A DNA stretch of 40,000 nt from a bacterium (GCA_035437565.1 DAOMYL010000002.1:43819-83818); one strand, 5' to 3'. Shown: positions 10,436-20,767, counted from the stretch's first letter. Notes: a model not told the origin generated them from the letters alone. Numbers and translations: made by a program.

Positions 10436-11689
10436 ATGTCGACGAAAATCGATCTACTCAAAGAAGAGATCTACAAGGGAGAAAACGCCCAACTCATCTG
10501 TGACCTCATCATGGCCGCAGCGGTGGAGGCGGGAGCTTCGGACATCCATATCGAGCCGCTCTCGAACTTCGTCCGACTTCGGTATCGCGTAGACGGAGTC
10601 CTGCAGGAAGTATTGGAATACCAAAAATTCCTCCATGCGAACCTCGTTGCGAGATTCAAGATTCTCTCGAATCTCAAGATCGACGAGTCGCGCATGCCGC
10701 AAGACGGCCGCATTTCCACGAGCATCGATGAGAAAGGTATGGATCTGCGTGTCTCCACACTCCCTACGGTCAATGGCGAGAAAATCGTCATGCGTATCGT
10801 TGACAAGAGCAAGAAAATTCCGGATCTCGACGTCCTCGGAATTGAGGGATCGAACGGACGAATTCTCGACCGGTCCATCCATCAACCGAACGGGATCGTC
10901 CTCACATCGGGGCCGACCGGATCGGGAAAATCGACCACGCTCTATTCCTGTCTCATTCGACTCAATACCCCCGATGTCAATATCATGACGCTCGAGGACC
11001 CGGTGGAAAACACTGTCGATGGCATCAACCAGAGCCAGGTTTACCCTTCTATCGGCTATACATTCGCTTCCGGACTTCGTACCGCGCTCCGCCAAGACCC
11101 GGACATCATCATGGTGGGAGAGATCCGAGACCACGAGACCATTAACATCGCCATCGAGGCATCGCTCACGGGTCACCTCGTGGTTTCGACCATCCACACC
11201 AACTCGGCGGCCGAGACCATTACCCGTATCCTCAATATGGGAATTCCGGGATTTCTCCTCCCCGCTTCGGTAAACTGCATTATCGCCCAGCGACTCATAC
11301 GTCGCATCTGTCCGCACTGTCGCAAGGCTGTAAAGGCCCAGGATCTCCCCGCAAAACTCCAGGAGGATGTCCGTCGCTCCATTGGTCGCACTCGCAAGGA
11401 GGAATTGGTAGAACGCGTCTCCTCCGACATTCTCAAAGATCCCATCTTCTACGAGCCAGTCGGCTGCGAGAAGTGCAATGGCGGATACAAGGGCCGCGTG
11501 GGAATCTACGAGATTCTCGAAATCACGCCGAAAATAAAAGAAATGATCCTCAAGGAGTCGAGTGCCGTCGACATCCACGAGGTTGCCGTCTCAGATGGCA
11601 TGATCTCACTCGAACAAGATGGCGTGATTAAGGCACTCAACGGCCAGACCTCTCTGGAGGAGGTCTACGCCGCCGCAAAACAAGGCTAA
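10436..11689 (+). CDS. pilB: Type IV pilus / T2SS assembly ATPase (GspE/PilB family, short form)
   Basis: Walker A SGPTGSGKSTT, Walker B DPDIIMVGEIRD, His box GHLVVSTIHTN, tetracysteine CPHC...CEKC. 417 aa, without the long N-terminal domain. No internal TGA. Confidence 0.9.
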   Translation: MSTKIDLLKEEIYKGENAQLICDLIMAAAVEAGASDIHIEPLSNFVRLRYRVDGVLQEVLEYQKFLHANLVARFKILSNLKIDESRMPQDGRISTSIDEKGMDLRVSTLPTVNGEKIVMRIVDKSKKIPDLDVLGIEGSNGRILDRSIHQPNGIVLTSGPTGSGKSTTLYSCLIRLNTPDVNIMTLEDPVENTVDGINQSQVYPSIGYTFASGLRTALRQDPDIIMVGEIRDHETINIAIEASLTGHLVVSTIHTNSAAETITRILNMGIPGFLLPASVNCIIAQRLIRRICPHCRKAVKAQDLPAKLQEDVRRSIGRTRKEELVERVSSDILKDPIFYEPVGCEKCNGGYKGRVGIYEILEITPKIKEMILKESSAVDIHEVAVSDGMISLEQDGVIKALNGQTSLEEVYAAAKQG

Positions 11690-11698
11690 TACGTACAT

Positions 11699-12856
11699 AT
11701 GAACACTCCTTCCGATCTCATCATTCTCGACACCCCCCAATCAGGAGGGGTCGCAAAACGCCAGTCGAAGATCCCAACGGATCTCGGGGCGATCAACGAA
11801 TGGCTGATGAAGCAACAGAAGATCAAGGTTGCCCAGAAGGTGATCTTCTTCCGTCTGCTTGCGACCATGGCAAATGCGGGGCTCCCCATGCTCAAATCCA
11901 TTGCGATCCTGCAAAAACAAGAGAAAGACCCGATTCTCCAGATTCTCTACAAGACGATTCAGTCCGATATCAAGGGGGGGAAGAACCTCAGCCAGTCCAT
12001 GCGGGCATACCGCGGAAACTTCAGCGACTCGGAATGCTCCATTATCGAATCGGGAGAGAAAACCGGTAAGCTCAATGGCGCGCTCATTCAGCTCGCAGAC
12101 CAGGTGGAGAAGATCTCGAGTACCAGCAAGAAGCTCAAAGGAGCACTCATCTATCCGGTCGCTATCATCTTCGTCATGTTCGGTGCCGTGGGTGTGCTCA
12201 TGACCCTGGTCGTGCCGAAGATCGTGGAGATATTCGGGGATAAGACCAAACTCCCACCTCTCACCAAGGCTCTCATCGCCGTGAGCGATTTCTTCGTGGG
12301 ATACTGGTGGGCTATGATCCTGGGAGTTGTCGCGTTTATTCTCTTCGTCTCCATCTGGAAGCGCACAAAAAACGGACACTACCGGTATGATGGCATCATG
12401 CTACGTATCCCGATTTTCGGAAACGTCATCCGGAAAGTCATCCTCTCCCGATTCGCACGCGTCTTCTCGAACCTCCTCTCTTCCGGAATCTCGATCCTTG
12501 AATCACTACGAATCATTGCGGATGTCGTAGGAAATGAAGTATACAAGCAGCGATTCCTCCTCCTGCGCGAAGACATAAAAAAAGGAGTGAAAATCGGGGA
12601 GAGCCTCCAAGATGACCGCCTTTTTCCGGAGATGCTCGTACAGATGATCAAGGTCGGAGAGGAGACCGCGAAGCTCGACTCGATCATTCTCAAGATCGCC
12701 GACTTCTACGATGAAGAGGTGGAGACCGTCATCAATAGCATCCAAAAACTCCTCGAACCGATCATCATCGTCACGATGGCGATCGTCATCGGTCTCATCG
12801 CCGTGGGTATCATGCAGCCGATTATGAACATGGCGGACATTGTATCGGAAGGATAG
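11699..12856 (+). CDS. pilC: Type IV pilus platform protein (GspF/PilC family)
   Basis: 385 aa with duplicated GspF-type cytoplasmic domains (e.g. LATMANAGLPMLKSI and LSSGISILESL) and three hydrophobic segments. It starts 9 nt after pilB. Confidence 0.9.
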   Translation: MNTPSDLIILDTPQSGGVAKRQSKIPTDLGAINEWLMKQQKIKVAQKVIFFRLLATMANAGLPMLKSIAILQKQEKDPILQILYKTIQSDIKGGKNLSQSMRAYRGNFSDSECSIIESGEKTGKLNGALIQLADQVEKISSTSKKLKGALIYPVAIIFVMFGAVGVLMTLVVPKIVEIFGDKTKLPPLTKALIAVSDFFVGYWWAMILGVVAFILFVSIWKRTKNGHYRYDGIMLRIPIFGNVIRKVILSRFARVFSNLLSSGISILESLRIIADVVGNEVYKQRFLLLREDIKKGVKIGESLQDDRLFPEMLVQMIKVGEETAKLDSIILKIADFYDEEVETVINSIQKLLEPIIIVTMAIVIGLIAVGIMQPIMNMADIVSEG

Positions 12857-12871
12857 AACCAAGTTTTTTCC

Positions 12872-13042
12872 ATGCTTCACACCGCCTTCGACACACTCAT
12901 GCACTTCTTTCGCTCAATCAGTATGAGCGTCTCGACAACGTTCGATATATCCGGAACACTTGGCGACTCCGATAACTCCCCCTCAGACGATCCCGATGGA
13001 AACTCGGACGGTGGGGGCAGTTGTGGCGGAGGTGAAGAATAG
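12872..13042 (+). CDS. Small acidic Gly/Asp-rich ORF (56 aa), speculative
   Basis: ATG 12872 to TAG 13040-13042, found by hand because it is below the track cutoff. C-rich third positions. Sequence MLHTAFDTLMHFFRSISMSV...DGGGSCGGGEE. No homology recognised. Confidence 0.3.
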   Translation: MLHTAFDTLMHFFRSISMSVSTTFDISGTLGDSDNSPSDDPDGNSDGGGSCGGGEE

Positions 13043-13132
13043 ACGATTCCTCAAGAAAACCATCCCGGTTTTACACAAGAAAGAAAACCGATACAATGCG
13101 CTCATTGAGCGTATTTGTTTTCTCGCCGACCC

Positions 13133-14440
13133 ATGAGCGCGTTCTCTAAGCTCCTCCCCCTGAATCATCCGATCCGAGTCCTCTACCACTACGTCCGCGG
13201 TATCGCCGCCCACTGGCGGTATGGGCGACCTGGTCGCAACATGACCGTGATCGGCATCACCGGAACAAAAGGAAAAACCACGACCACGAATCTCATCGCC
13301 CGTGGCCTGAGTGGCAACGGCGCACGAGTGTTCGCATTCTCGACCGCAAACTACTGTATGGATGGCGAGTGGCACGAGAACACCACAAAAATGACGAGCC
13401 CTTCACCATTCGTGCTCCAGCGACTCCTTCGTGAAGCGGAAAACCGTGGCTGTACCCATGCGGTCATCGAGACATCGAGTCACAGCGTATTCTATCACCG
13501 GGACTACGGTGTCGCCTATGACACGGTCGTCTTCACGAATCTCTCGCGCGACCATCTCGATCTCCACCGCACCATGGCCGATTACCTCGCGACCAAGAAG
13601 CGACTCTTCGAGTGACTCGTTTACTACCGCCGAAAAAAGGGCGTGAAGAAGATCGGGATCGTGAATCTCGATGACCCCGCCGCCAATGAATTTCTCTCCG
13701 TGACAGCGGACGCGCTCATTACCTACGGGCTCACCCCCGCAGCCGAAATCTCCGCAAAGAGCGTACAGGAGACGGGGGACGAGACAGTTATTACCATTCG
13801 GATGCCCTCGAACGAATTTGTAATCCGATCTAAACTCCGCGGCACCTACAATGTATCGAATATCCTCGCTGCCACCGCGGCACTCATGGCCCAGAAGGTT
13901 CCATCGGCAGTAATAGCGGAGACGCTCTCGAAAACTTCTGGCATACCATGACGACTGGAACCAGTCCAAAATCACCTGGGAATACGCATCTTCGTGGACT
14001 ACGCTCACACCGAATGATCGCTGCAAAACGTCCTTGAGACCGTCCGAAACATTCCGGACTGCGGACGAGTTATTGTCGTGTTCTGAGCGACAGGAGACCG
14101 CGACCCAGCAAAACGTCCCAAGATGGGAGCCGTAGCAGACCGCTTGGCAGATGTCGTCATAGTAACGGATGACGATCCTTATACCGAGCCTTCCGCCAAG
14201 ATTATTGCCGAAATAGCGGAAGGGGTCTCGCGAAAAATCGGAGAGAACTATTGGATCGTCCCGAATCGGGAAGACGCCATCCGAACCGCTCTCGCAGTCT
14301 CCCGATCCGGAGATACCATCGTACTGGCTGGCAAAGGATCGGAGACGATCCAAATGACGAACCGCTGAGCGGTAAAATGGAACGATGCGGAAGCGACAAA
14401 ACGGATTCTTGCGGAGGTTGAAAAAAACGAAATCAACTAG
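13133..14440 (+). CDS. Mur ligase family protein, MurE-like, with a very short N-terminal region
   Basis: Track fragments 13115..13615, 13643..13951 and 14123..14368 share a frame. Five in-frame TGA at 13613, 13949 (IP-G-RLEPV = PGRxE), 14015, 14084 (VVF-G-ATGDRD) and 14366. Motifs: GITGTKGKTTT, VDYAHT, KRPKMG, VTDDDPYTE. Only ~38 aa precede the P-loop. TAG at 14438-14440. Confidence 0.85.
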
Positions 14441-14441
14441 G

Positions 14442-14810
14442 CTAGAATCGGACTGGAAAAATACGGGGATCTCGCATGGAAGACTCCCCATCGGATGAGC
14501 CGATGGAAGCTTCGGGTATGAGGTACGCGCGGTATGCCCGACCCCCGATGAAGATGACATACTCCCCTTCATCGAATCATTTGTCCGAGGATGAGATAAT
14601 TCCTCCGCGAGCATTTGACGACACGTCTACTGCGTATCACTGGGGTGAAACCATCGACGACACCGCGATCATGGCGACCGCGATGAACCCCACCATATGA
14701 GTGCTCGCCGCTGGAGAAGCATCGGACTGTCCGAATTCGAACGGCCGGAAGAGGTCGAACATGATCCGATAAAAAAAGAAGTACACTCTCCGAAAATAGC
14801 ACGAGGACAT
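14442..14810 (-). CDS. Small membrane protein (up to 122 aa), tentative
   Basis: Minus frame from ATG 14810 (or ATG 14762) to TAG 14442-14444, with two in-frame TGA. One TM (MVGFIAVAMIAVSSMV). Its GC3 is better than that of the overlapping plus ORF 14476..14700. Confidence 0.35.
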
Positions 14811-14845
14811 TAGACCATATAATCGGTAATCTGTAAAGTTTTCCC

Positions 14846-15550
14846 ATGCAACGGTTCTTACTCGATACCCCTCTTGCCGAACGAATTTGTCTGACAAACC
14901 CCGACCTCGTCCATCAGATCGGTCATGTCCTGCGATCAGCGGTCGGAGACTCGATTGTTTTCTTCGATGGCCACTCACCCGAAGAACACCTCTACCGGAT
15001 CGAGAGTGTCTCCAAGCGGACAGTAGAGTGCCGCCGGACGGCAATACGCCCCTCCGAATGCGAACCGCAACATCGGGTAACGATCGCTCAGGCCATGCCA
15101 AATACCATCGAAAAGCTCGAGTATGCCCTGCAGAAATGCGTGGAAATCGGCGCGACCGGATTCATAATATTTCGCGGTGACCGCTCGCAAAAACCGCTCC
15201 CGAATGAACACAAACGCGAGCGTCTCGAAAAAATCGCAAAAGAAGCACTGGAGCAATGCGGCGGCTGTATCATGCCGGAAATCCGCTATACCGAGAGCAT
15301 ATCCGATGCGATTGGGAGTCCACGGGAGACCTTCGCGCTCGATATGGGGCCGTTCCGTGCCGATTCCATGACCGAGCACGGATCGATAACACTCCTTGTC
15401 TGACCCGAAGGAGGATGGAGCAACGAAGAACGGGAGTTTTTCAGTCGGACAGGGATCGAGCGGATTTCATTCGGCAATCGCGTGATGCGAACCGAAACAG
15501 CTGCTGTGGCTGGATGTGTAATGTTTGCTCACGGCACACAGTTGTGATAG
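14846..15550 (+). CDS. rsmE: 16S rRNA (uracil1498-N3)-methyltransferase RsmE
   Basis: Track ORF 14846..15403 continues through TGA 15401-15403, giving LLV-G-PEGGWSNEE (the invariant GPEGG), then FGNRVMRTETAAV. It ends TTG TGA TAG, with TAG at 15548-15550. Confidence 0.9.
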
Positions 15551-15586
15551 ACTCAGATCAATTCACCCTCATTCTTTTTTCAAACT

Positions 15587-17437
15587 ATGGTCGCCAACTT
15601 CGCTTGATCGAATCGCTCCGCACTCAGCGATAGTGCAAGAAACCGTATCGAGGCGGCAAAATCCGCACTCTCGAACTACACCGCGAAGGACGCGCCCTCA
15701 AAAACCGATACACGGTCGCCCGAAATCTCACAAGACGTAGACGCGTACTTGGCACGGCAAACCGAATCGCTGTATCTTTTGGAGAGTATCGTTTCGGGGG
15801 ACATTACGACATTCCTATCAGAAGACGTATTCGAAGCAGCGGAACGACTATCCGCCATGCTCTCGGACCGTCGGGACACCACCGGAAACTCTAACGGAGA
15901 GACAGTCGAGACGATCATGTGATGGATCACGAAAGAGTGTTTCTCTCGGATCCGTGCGTCCATCGGAGAATTTCCCATGGGGGCGATCGATGCCTTCAAT
16001 GCAACGATCATCGTAGTTGACCGCCTCCTATCAGCATTCGGCTCTCCTTCCATGTTCCATCGGACAAGAACGATCGGAAACCGAAAACCGGACGATATGT
16101 TCGCCGGGACGCTGGTCATCAACTCGGCTCTAGACAAGACGATCAGCGAATACCCAGACGGCCTCAGGAGTCTCATCGGAATGTATGAACACATTGCCGA
16201 GTATCTGTGCCCAGAAGAGGAGTTCTCCGAGGCGGTACCCGCCCACAACAAAGCATCCCGAACACTCGTATGGCAGACCACCCGAGAGTACTACCACTCC
16301 CTCCCGGTCGTCACGATGCACGAGGATATTCGTGCGTACTTTATCGGCACACTTCGTGGCGTACGGATGTTTTCGACAATCAGAACCTCTTCACACGCCG
16401 GCCAGAGTGTCCTTCGCGGGAGCGATATATATGCGACATACGAGCAGCTCGTCCGACTCCAGAACTACCTCAGAACCAGAGGAGTCGAGGGAGAATATGA
16501 GATCGATGCGACCCGGACATTTACCGTATCACCGTCCGGTATCCAAATGCGAAAATGCCTCGTACAGTCAAAATGGCACGAAGGAAAACAGCAATTTCTT
16601 CTCGATATAGAGACTGCATGGAATGATCCGACTGATATACTCGGAATTGCCGATACGCCCGGAAAGAACCCAGTCTCCCGAGCAAGCAACATCGCAAGAA
16701 ACCTCAAGAACATTCGCCAAGCAAGTGACCAGGGCGAATTGGAAGGAGTGCGGTATCGGAGTGACTGAGCGAGACTCGTACGGGAACGATCCACGCGCAT
16801 GGTCGTGCGGATTGATGACGTCCTCTGATTCCGTATCGAGGAAGACGTGGAGACAACGGAGTGAATGCGCCGACTCTACGGCATGGCTACCGACATAACG
16901 CTCATGAACGTGATCGCCGAAGCGGTCGCACGAATGGCACACAGAGCCGAGAACACACCAGCGAAGCCGGAGCGCGCTCGACATATTTCTATCACCAAAC
17001 GGTCAATCGGACCAAAACAGAAAGTCGTCCTCTCGGCCCGAGATGAACTCCCCGAATCGACCCGTCCCGTACGCCACAGACCCCTATGAGAAGTAACCAC
17101 GGCCACGAGCGGTCGAATCGATGCGGTACTTGCCCACGGCGAACGCCGCTATACCCTCCCAGACAAGGGGTGGCATTCGGCAATGCCGACACTCCCTGCG
17201 TGATACCGGATCTCCCGGGAGGCATTCGATCGCGCGAGGGAAAACGGAAAAGAACTCGCGTTCGAAATCGTGCCACTCCACGATGGTGAGACCATGTATG
17301 ATCCGTATCTGGGGACCTACGATGACACGATGGAATACCTGAAAATGCTCTACAACGAATTCGATGAAAAGACGCACGTGATTCGCATGCAGACATACCG
17401 GCGATCCACGGCAGAAATGCGGCAGACTGCTCAGTAA
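15587..17437 (+). CDS. Large hypothetical protein (616 aa) containing 7 in-frame UGA codons
   Basis: The frame is continuous from ATG 15587 to TAA 17435-17437, translated by hand. TGA at 15605, 15920, 16766, 16826, 16862, 17087 and 17201. It absorbs track ORFs 15977..16768 and 16865..17089. GC3-rich codons throughout and a strong terminator right after. No motif recognised. Confidence 0.6.
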
Positions 17438-17462
17438 AAAAGGGGGGTTACTCCCCTTTTTT
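17436..17462. terminator. Bidirectional rho-independent terminator
   Basis: aaaaaaGGGGGG tta CTCCCCtttttt, between converging genes. The stop codon of the minus-strand gene (17448-17450) lies in the loop. Confidence 0.7.
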
Positions 17463-17678
17463 ACTCTTCCCGAAGAAGTGCTCGAGCACGATACCAGCCA
17501 CGGCCGCCGGGAGAAATTCGAGATTCTTGACGTAGCGGTAGGCGGTCGCGGCGTCCCGGACAATCTCTCGGACCTCCCGCAGAATCCCGATGAACATGGC
17601 GAGTGCCACGATCATCATGATACCGAGGATGATATTGAACGCAACGAGTACGACGATGAGCAAATCCATCGGTGTCAT
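17448..17678 (-). CDS. Small membrane protein (76 aa)
   Basis: Track ORF with ATG start and TAA stop. N-terminal TM (LLIVVLVAFNIILGIMMIVALAMFIGIL) followed by a charged helix. Confidence 0.6.
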   Translation of the reverse strand: MTPMDLLIVVLVAFNIILGIMMIVALAMFIGILREVREIVRDAATAYRYVKNLEFLPAAVAGIVLEHFFGKSKKGE

Positions 17679-17690
17679 GGAGAACGAACG

Positions 17691-18095
17691 TTAAAAAGCG
17701 AAATTGGAGAAAAAATCCCGCACAGGCTCATCCCCCTCGATCCGTCGGACTTCTTCTCCCGATTTGAAAAGCAAGACGGTGGGATTGGTCTCGATCGAGA
17801 GTTTTTTGTCGAATCCCGTCCCTGAAGCCATATCGAGGTAGCGCAAAGTCGCGGATTCAATCCATGCCTTCGTCACGAGTTCTGGGTAGCGAACCACGGA
17901 GAGTTCGTAGGTCTCATTTGTGGTAGAGCCGGCGATGAGGACCGCCTTCTTCTCGGACAAAAATGCCTGGTATTCATCGTCGCTCTTGAGCGTAGCGCGC
18001 GATTTGTGGGCCGTGTCAGCGGAGAATTTTTTGGCGCGGTCGGCATATTCCCGAGCCTTATTGGTAGCGTCTTCGCGCAGTTTCTTCCAGTCCAT
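17691..18095 (-). CDS. Thioredoxin-fold protein lacking the CxxC active site
   Basis: C-terminal NPTVLLFKSGEEVRRIEG resembles the thioredoxin PTLLLFKNGE..G strand. STTNET occupies the position where WCGPC would be. TAA stop. Confidence 0.65.
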   Translation of the reverse strand: MDWKKLREDATNKAREYADRAKKFSADTAHKSRATLKSDDEYQAFLSEKKAVLIAGSTTNETYELSVVRYPELVTKAWIESATLRYLDMASGTGFDKKLSIETNPTVLLFKSGEEVRRIEGDEPVRDFFSNFAF

Positions 18096-19164
18096 TGGTC
18101 AAAAAACGTTCGAGAGTATGTGAGAGGTTCGTCCGCATTGTATCGGAATCGCGCATGAGCGCAAGTCGCGCCTCCTCGTGCGAGGATTCGAGCCGATCGA
18201 AGACAGTGAATATCTCCTCCGGCGAGGTATCGTCCGCACAAACTCGATACGCGTGGTTGTAGCGGTCGAGCAGTGCATCGGTCTTGGTGGAGTAGGACAC
18301 TCCCACGAACGGGAGAGCATGGACGAACGAGAGGATATTCGCGTGGAGTCGCATCGCGATCATCGAGTGCAACCGCGGATACCATTCGAGCGATTCCTGC
18401 ATCGACACCGTGATCGTGACGCCGAGACGGTTGGCAATCGCCCGATAGCTCAAGTGGTCGTTCGATACCCTGTCCTCTCCGTGAAACGAGTGTGATATGA
18501 GTACCGGTTCGAATCCTCGTTCTCGCAATCATGCCACGAGACCAGCAAGCAGACTCTCGTCATCGGCAGCATACCCTCCACGCAGGGCAATGCCGACAAA
18601 GCGGGATTTCGAATCAGATCGAGCAAGCGGCTCGTAGAGATGGACGGGATCAGGGAGGAGATCGGCTTCGATACCGATCTCCCGGAGCGTCTGCTGCGAA
18701 GCCTCATCACGCACGGATACACGAGTACCGTGAAAGAGTGAACAAAGCGTCTCCCGGTGCTCCGGAGAAACATAGACTCAAACGGCACACCAGAAGACGG
18801 GTTTCCGCAAGAATTTGGCAACCATGACGCGCAATAACCACTGAAGCCGAAGACTTCGGAATGATTGTCCGGGTTCGTTGTCGTATACAAGCCCTCCTCC
18901 CCCGAAGATCACCAAGTCGGCGCGGGCCGTCTCCACGAGTGTCCGCAAGAATATGAGGATATTCTTCCAAGGATGGCGTCGGATTGCATGGGGAAAGTAT
19001 CCGATCGTCCGGACATCCGATACGAGCATGCTCGCAGGATCATACGTTGCACATACGCACTCAATGCCAGGAAATGCTCGCGCAAGCAGACGAACCTCCT
19101 GTGCGAGAATAAGCTCGTCTCAAAGGTTGCGATGACCGGAAGCGGTAAAAACAAACGCCCTCAT
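18058..19164 (-). CDS. Polysaccharide pyruvyl transferase family protein (CsaB-like)
   Basis: Track ORFs 18058..18528, 18529..18714 and 18778..19029 share a frame and extend to ATG 19164. They join via TGA at 18529, 18778 and 19120. Motifs: GHRNLGDELIL, VIFGGGGLVYD, SVRDEASQQTLREIG, MRLHANILSFVHALPFVGVSYSTKTDAL. 368 aa. Confidence 0.75.
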
Positions 19165-19225
19165 GTCTTGACTCGAAAAGTGACGGAGTATACTGAGGAA
19201 GTATAGTCCATAATCGAAAACACGT

Positions 19226-20095
19226 ATGGCAAAAAAGAATGCAACTCACTTCATACCCGCGCTCGCGCTCATTTTGCTCTTATCTGGTGTTGCCATCGGA
19301 TACGCGCTCTTCGGTGAGGAGAGCAACCCATGAGGCGAGATCGATTCTCACACTGGTCTCACGACCAACTCCGACACCCCCCTCTGCACGACCGATTACG
19401 CTCCGGTATGCGGTACCGATGGACGGACATACTCGAATCGATGCGTAGCGGAAAAGCAGAATGCCATCATGGTTGCCTCGGAAGGAGCATGTCCTCTGGT
19501 TTCCGAAACGGACGAATCTGAACCACTCCCATCAACGGGGGGCACGATGACCGATTCAGTCACCGCTCCGGAGTATATCGGCTCGGATATAGAGATGCGT
19601 GCAAATCCGGAGACCATCACATCGGAGGCGGTCATGGGATCGTCTTCGGACATGTCCGAATCGAGTACACGGACCGGGTCTGTCTTAGAGTCTCCGTCCG
19701 CCGTTATCAGCACTTCCGTAGCCACATACGACAATCCAGTGGTCGGCTACGGATTCGACATGCCGAAATCGAGCTACTACCAGGGATTCGGAGCGCGCGA
19801 TGGTGCGGTCCACTCCGTTGCTGTGCAGGCCGGCACGGGCGTGACGACCTTCGAAGACGCAACAGTCCGCGTGTTGCTCTATCGCTCCATCCTGGAGCCG
19901 CTCATGGAAAACGGGCGCAAGATTATCTCGGATGAGGAATCCGGACGCGTCTATGTCCGGATTGGGACGGGTATGACCGCGGTCGTGGAGGCATCGAGCA
20001 TGGACGATCCAACGGCCCGAGTAATAGTAGAGAGTCTGCGCGAAGCCCGCACGACTCCTGCCACGGATGATATTGTCGCACCGATCGGACAGTAA
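19226..20095 (+). CDS. Signal-anchored protein with an atypical (4-Cys) Kazal-like domain
   Basis: ATG 19226 joins track ORF 19469..20095 through TGA 19331-19333. N-terminal anchor FIPALALILLLSGVAIGYALF, then LCTTDYAPVCGTDGRTYSNRCVAEKQNAIMVASEGAC (Kazal core Y.PVCG.DG.TY.N.C). A Ser/Thr/acidic linker and a ~150-aa C-terminal domain of unknown type follow. Confidence 0.7.
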
Positions 20096-20098
20096 CCT

Positions 20099-20716
20099 AT
20101 GCTTCGATTCTTTGTAGCACGGCACGGACAAAACGTTGACAATGCGAATGGTATTCTCAATGGCCATCGTGACCTACCGCTCACCCGGATAGGTCGCGAT
20201 CAGGCACGGGAGCTTTCGCGTTTGATCCGTGAAAATGACATAAAATTCGATGCGATCTACTCATCGCCACTCATGCGGGCACGGGAAACCGCCGATATCA
20301 TCGCGAAATCGTGCGAAACGCCAGGGGCCATCATTCTCCCCGACTTGATCGAACGGGATTTTTGAGAGATGACCGGAAAATCAGTGTCGAGTATCCGCGA
20401 ACTTTGTAATCCCGATATTCTCGAAACACCGACCATTACGTATTTCCTCAGGTATCCGGGCGCAGAGAATTTTGATGCACTATACACACGCGCCCGAACG
20501 ATACTCGACCATCTCGCGTCCATCCATGAGGACGGCACTATTCTTATGGTATGTCATGGAGATGTCGGCAAGATGCTCATGGGGGCATATTTCAATATTC
20601 CGTGGCGTACGGCATTAGAGGGGCTTCATTTTGGTAATTCCGAGCTCATAGAGCTCTCCTCCGAGACGAATATCGAGAACTGCCGCCGGGTGCGTATCGA
20701 ACAATTCAACGGATAA
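20099..20716 (+). CDS. Histidine phosphatase (phosphoglycerate mutase family)
   Basis: ARHGQNVDN (RHG motif), SSPLMRARETA, ERDF-G-EMTG across TGA 20363-20365, MVCHGDVGKML. Track ORFs 20099..20365 and 20369..20716 share a frame. Confidence 0.85.
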
Positions 20717-20767
20717 CTCTCGTTGCCGGGAGAGCGAAACGGAGTATAGTGAAATAAAAAATCGCCC

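Noticed and set aside
10454-11578. 374-aa minus-strand ORF
   Set aside because: It is antisense to pilB (Walker A/B, His box, CxxC pairs). Shadow ORF.
13403-14614. 403-aa minus-strand ORF
   Set aside because: It is antisense to the Mur ligase gene, whose P-loop, DYAHT and GDRD motifs are unambiguous. It has no recognisable motif of its own.
14476-14700. 74-aa plus-strand ORF after the Mur ligase gene
   Set aside because: Mixed third-position composition and no motif. The overlapping minus-strand frame has stronger GC3 bias and a transmembrane segment. Neither is certain.
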